Origin: a virus
Taxonomy: Duplodnaviria; Caudoviricetes
Length of the DNA stretch: 26,856 nt
Reading direction: 5' to 3' (one strand)
Virus record (IMG/VR): IMGVR_UViG_3300031454_000017
Coordinates: 1 to 26,856 of that record
Each line of letters begins with the position of its first letter. Position 1 is the first letter of the stretch. Both the position numbers and the translations under genes were made by a program. Below the pieces are notes generated by a model. That model was not told the origin of the DNA. It ran no database searches and saw only the letters and a list, made by a program, of their open reading frames with translations. Positions 24,457 through 26,856 of this stretch are shown in pieces.

Positions 24457-25248
24457 ATGCAATCGGCCCGCACTTTCTTAGCTGCAATATCTCTTATCTT
24501 GTTTACCCTGAGCTGGGCGCAAGACAATCCTGTTCAGGTTTCCATTAGAGCCTTTATTGTGGCGGCAGATGGCACGCTTGCCGAGTCAACTACTGCCGAA
24601 GCAGGCGACCTTATTGAGTATCAAGTTAAAGCAACGAATATAGGCGAGACCACACTGCCCCCTGAATCCGTGAGCGTAGTTGGTCCTGTCCCCGAATCTT
24701 CGACTTTTGTAAGCGGCTCCACTGTCCAAGATGAAAATGTGACATTGGAGTACAGCGAAGACGGTAGCACCTTTGACGTTACAGAACCAACCGAGGTTAG
24801 AGCTGTCCATTGGACACTTAATTACCCCTTTGAACCGGACCAAGAGGTTGATTTGGTTTATCGAGTAACCATAAATGGAGAGACCTCCGATAGCAATTCG
24901 TCCCCCTCTGGAACAGGTAGTGCAGAGGCTTTTACGCAGTCCATGTTTGGGCATCTTGGCGTAATTGAGGTTGCTTGTCCTACGGCGCTCGCTGACAGAG
25001 CAACGGGTAGTGCGGTATTAGCCTGTGGTCAAGTTGAGTCTAACTTTAGTCTTTTTCGTCAAGGCTGGGATTTATACGCCGATTATGAAAGCGAGGTGCC
25101 GGTTATCCCTGTACCTACAAGCGCATGGCGGTCTGATAACAGCGGTGTTTATAGTCGAGATTATAACCTTAATGGTGCGCCCTATTTTGTCAATTTTAAT
25201 GAGCTTACTGAAGGCCAAGGCCTTGTGACAATCATGCACGGTCAATAA
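24457..25248 (+). CDS. Secreted DUF11 (Ig-like) domain protein, moron
   Basis: AGGAGG RBS; signal peptide ending SWA-Q; AGDLIEYQVKATNIG...FVSGS...YSEDGSTF. Confidence 0.7.
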   Translation: MQSARTFLAAISLILFTLSWAQDNPVQVSIRAFIVAADGTLAESTTAEAGDLIEYQVKATNIGETTLPPESVSVVGPVPESSTFVSGSTVQDENVTLEYSEDGSTFDVTEPTEVRAVHWTLNYPFEPDQEVDLVYRVTINGETSDSNSSPSGTGSAEAFTQSMFGHLGVIEVACPTALADRATGSAVLACGQVESNFSLFRQGWDLYADYESEVPVIPVPTSAWRSDNSGVYSRDYNLNGAPYFVNFNELTEGQGLVTIMHGQ

Positions 25249-25254
25249 TTCATG

Positions 25255-25290
25255 GTTATCCACAGCCTTATTCACACACCCTCTCGAGCG
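25255..25290 (+). repeat. Paired DnaA-box repeat, copy 1
   Basis: G-TTATCCACA-GCC-TTATTCACA-CACCCTCTCGAGCG. Confidence 0.8.
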
Positions 25291-25293
25291 ACC

Positions 25294-25377
25294 CACCCGC
25301 CGCTGATAGCCCAGAACAACGATGATTTTGAGATTATCGGCAAAGTAGTATGGCGTGGCGGCCCATACCGCGCTTAG
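25294..25377 (+). pseudogene. Stranded 3' end of a second S24 repressor allele
   Basis: HPPLIAQNNDDFEIIGKVVWRGGPYRA*, followed by a TAGTTT..AGGAGGCA..ATG junction like the one after the intact cI. Confidence 0.7.
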
Positions 25378-25392
25378 TTTTTAGGAGGCAGC

Positions 25393-26460
25393 ATGAAACA
25401 AGCCATAATGCTCGGTTTGGCGTTTACGTTCATCTTCGGAGGGTTAGCTGCGTGCGACTCGACGTCTAGCAGCTCACCCTCCGAATCAGACGACCCCTCG
25501 ACTAACCCGCCCTCTACACCCGGCACGCCACCTGCGCCGACCCCACCTGAAGATACGGACATTTCGGTAAGCGTCAGCCCGAGCGCGAGTGAAGGCGTCG
25601 CGCCTCTACAAGTCATTTTTACTGCCACCGTTTCGGGCACCGTTTCGGACAGCTCTTGGTACATCAACGACCGCGAGATACAGACTAATGGCCCTCGCCT
25701 GACTTTCACGTTTAGGAATGCGGGCGAGTATTTGGTGACCTATTCGGTAACGAACGCGCAAGGGCAGGTTGTTAACGATGCCGTCACAGTGCTGGTCTCG
25801 GCACCCGCAGAACCAACGCCGCCCGGACAACCCACGCCCCCAGGAAACCCTAACCCGCCTGTGCCGGACCCACCCGAAGACCCCAACCCGCCCGTAGGAG
25901 GTGACGCCCCACAGATTACAAGTTTCATCGCAGACCCTCCGACGATTACAGCAGCAGGGCAGCCTGTCACGCTTACGTGGTCTGTTACCGGCACGACTTC
26001 GCTTAGCATAGACAAGGGCGTTGGCGCTGTGGCGGGCACTAGCACTACGGTCTACCCAGCAGCTACTACGACCTACACGTTGACCGCTTCTAACGCCGAC
26101 GGCACCGATGACGAAACCGCTACGGTCACACTAAATACGGGTGAGCCTAGCCAGAACCAAAAACCGACTGTTACCATTACTGGCGAAAAAGGACGGTCGA
26201 CAACCGTCGGCACAGAAGAAAATCTGGCGGCCACCGCCGCCGATCCCGACGGTGACACCCTAGCCTTCAAGTGGACCGTAACCAGCGGGACTGCTGCAAA
26301 CGTCGAGTTTAGTGATGACGCAGTTAAAGATACGACGGCGAAGTTTCTAGCAACGGGCGAGTATCAGTTAACTCTTACGGTAAGCGACGGTAAGGGCGAA
26401 ACAGCTACTGCCACCGTTACTTTCAACGTTATTACGTCCGTTGGTAGCGGAGGTGCATAA
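25393..26460 (+). CDS. Lipoprotein with PKD/Ig-like domains and Pro-rich linkers, moron
   Basis: Lipobox LAA-C; GVAPLQVIFTA...TF..AGEY.VT; APQITSF.A...VTLTWS; DPDGDTL.F.W...LTVSDGKG. Confidence 0.82.
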   Translation: MKQAIMLGLAFTFIFGGLAACDSTSSSSPSESDDPSTNPPSTPGTPPAPTPPEDTDISVSVSPSASEGVAPLQVIFTATVSGTVSDSSWYINDREIQTNGPRLTFTFRNAGEYLVTYSVTNAQGQVVNDAVTVLVSAPAEPTPPGQPTPPGNPNPPVPDPPEDPNPPVGGDAPQITSFIADPPTITAAGQPVTLTWSVTGTTSLSIDKGVGAVAGTSTTVYPAATTTYTLTASNADGTDDETATVTLNTGEPSQNQKPTVTITGEKGRSTTVGTEENLAATAADPDGDTLAFKWTVTSGTAANVEFSDDAVKDTTAKFLATGEYQLTLTVSDGKGETATATVTFNVITSVGSGGA

Positions 26461-26469
26461 TTTTAGCCA

Positions 26470-26697
26470 ATGGCAGACCCCGAAGTAGCCGAGCGCTGGA
26501 CATGTACTAACCCGAGTTGCCCGCAAGCTAACCCGCAACCCCTGGGCGAGTTTCTTTACCGTCCCTTGACCGGGACGCGCTACAAAGAGTGCTCAACGTG
26601 TAGGAAAGCGAGGTTGCGGGCGAATCAAAAGCGGAGCGTAGAAGCGCGTATCGTCTATCAAAAAGCACATTTGCTCAAGGTGAAGGATAAAGAGTAA
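26470..26697 (+). CDS. Small zinc-finger-like basic protein
   Basis: CTNPSC...PLGEF...ECSTC followed by a basic helix. Confidence 0.5.
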   Translation: MADPEVAERWTCTNPSCPQANPQPLGEFLYRPLTGTRYKECSTCRKARLRANQKRSVEARIVYQKAHLLKVKDKE

Positions 26698-26701
26698 ATC
26701 C

Positions 26702-26736
26702 GTTATCCACAGCCTTATCCACACCCTCACCTAGCG
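26702..26736 (+). repeat. Paired DnaA-box repeat, copy 2
   Basis: G-TTATCCACA-GCC-TTATCCACA-CCCTCACCTAGCG. Confidence 0.8.
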
Positions 26737-26752
26737 CCTCTGGGCGCTCTTT
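26733..26752 (+). terminator. Weak hairpin, possible terminator
   Basis: AGCGCC-tctg-GGCGCT followed by CTTT. Confidence 0.35.
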
Positions 26753-26787
26753 AACTAAGAGGAGATTTTGTAAAACGAACTGGCGCG

Positions 26788-26856
26788 ATGTGGCTTGGAA
26801 TGCTTTGGGATTCATTTCTAGGCACGTTTGTAGCTTTCGGCATCCTGGCTTTCATC
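26788..26856 (+). CDS. Partial membrane protein (MWLGMLWDSFLGTFVAFGILAFI...)
   Basis: Open hydrophobic frame running to the window edge. Confidence 0.35.
   Translation, partial: MWLGMLWDSFLGTFVAFGILAFI

Larger units (their letters stand above)
1..26856. mobile_element. Temperate siphovirus-like prophage or phage, internal segment (no att site or integrase in the window)
   Basis: Canonical order of immunity, early/replication, packaging, head and neck modules. Confidence 0.93.

Noticed and set aside
25255-26736. Host oriC
   Set aside because: Only two separated pairs of boxes, no AT-rich unwinding element, and no dnaA or dnaN nearby in the window.
1-26856. tRNA, rRNA, integrase, att sites or lysis genes
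   Set aside because: None is recognisable; integrase and lysis genes probably lie outside the window.

Overview
The window is the central part of a temperate siphovirus-like (pro)phage. The minus strand carries, right to left: cro, a BRO antirepressor, a long chain of small translationally coupled early genes, an HNH endonuclease, a Sak4-like ATPase, a replication module (HTH initiator, iteron origin, SF2 helicase, primase), a RusA-like resolvase, a Q-position regulator with a late promoter and terminator, and then terS, terL, portal, scaffold, decoration, capsid and neck genes. The plus strand carries an S24-type CI repressor followed by accessory surface-protein genes. Leaderless starts, strong CTCGAG over-representation and the style of the secreted proteins suggest a Deinococcota host, possibly Truepera- or Meiothermus-like (inference). 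Four signals stand out. (1) Two independent gene-tail replacement events: a cassette appears to have entered a gene carrying a diverged copy of that gene's 3' end, leaving the other 3' end stranded downstream as a mini-ORF (HNH cassette at 19.45-20.3 kb; CI/moron cassette at 24.3-25.4 kb). (2) Both accessory cassettes end in a ~35 bp repeat made of paired DnaA boxes. (3) The scaffold 5' leader holds three hairpins with unrelated stems but the same C-UGU-G loop. (4) A lambda pR'/tR'-like late control region sits next to an unrecognised candidate antiterminator. All product calls come from motif recognition and gene order; no searches were run.
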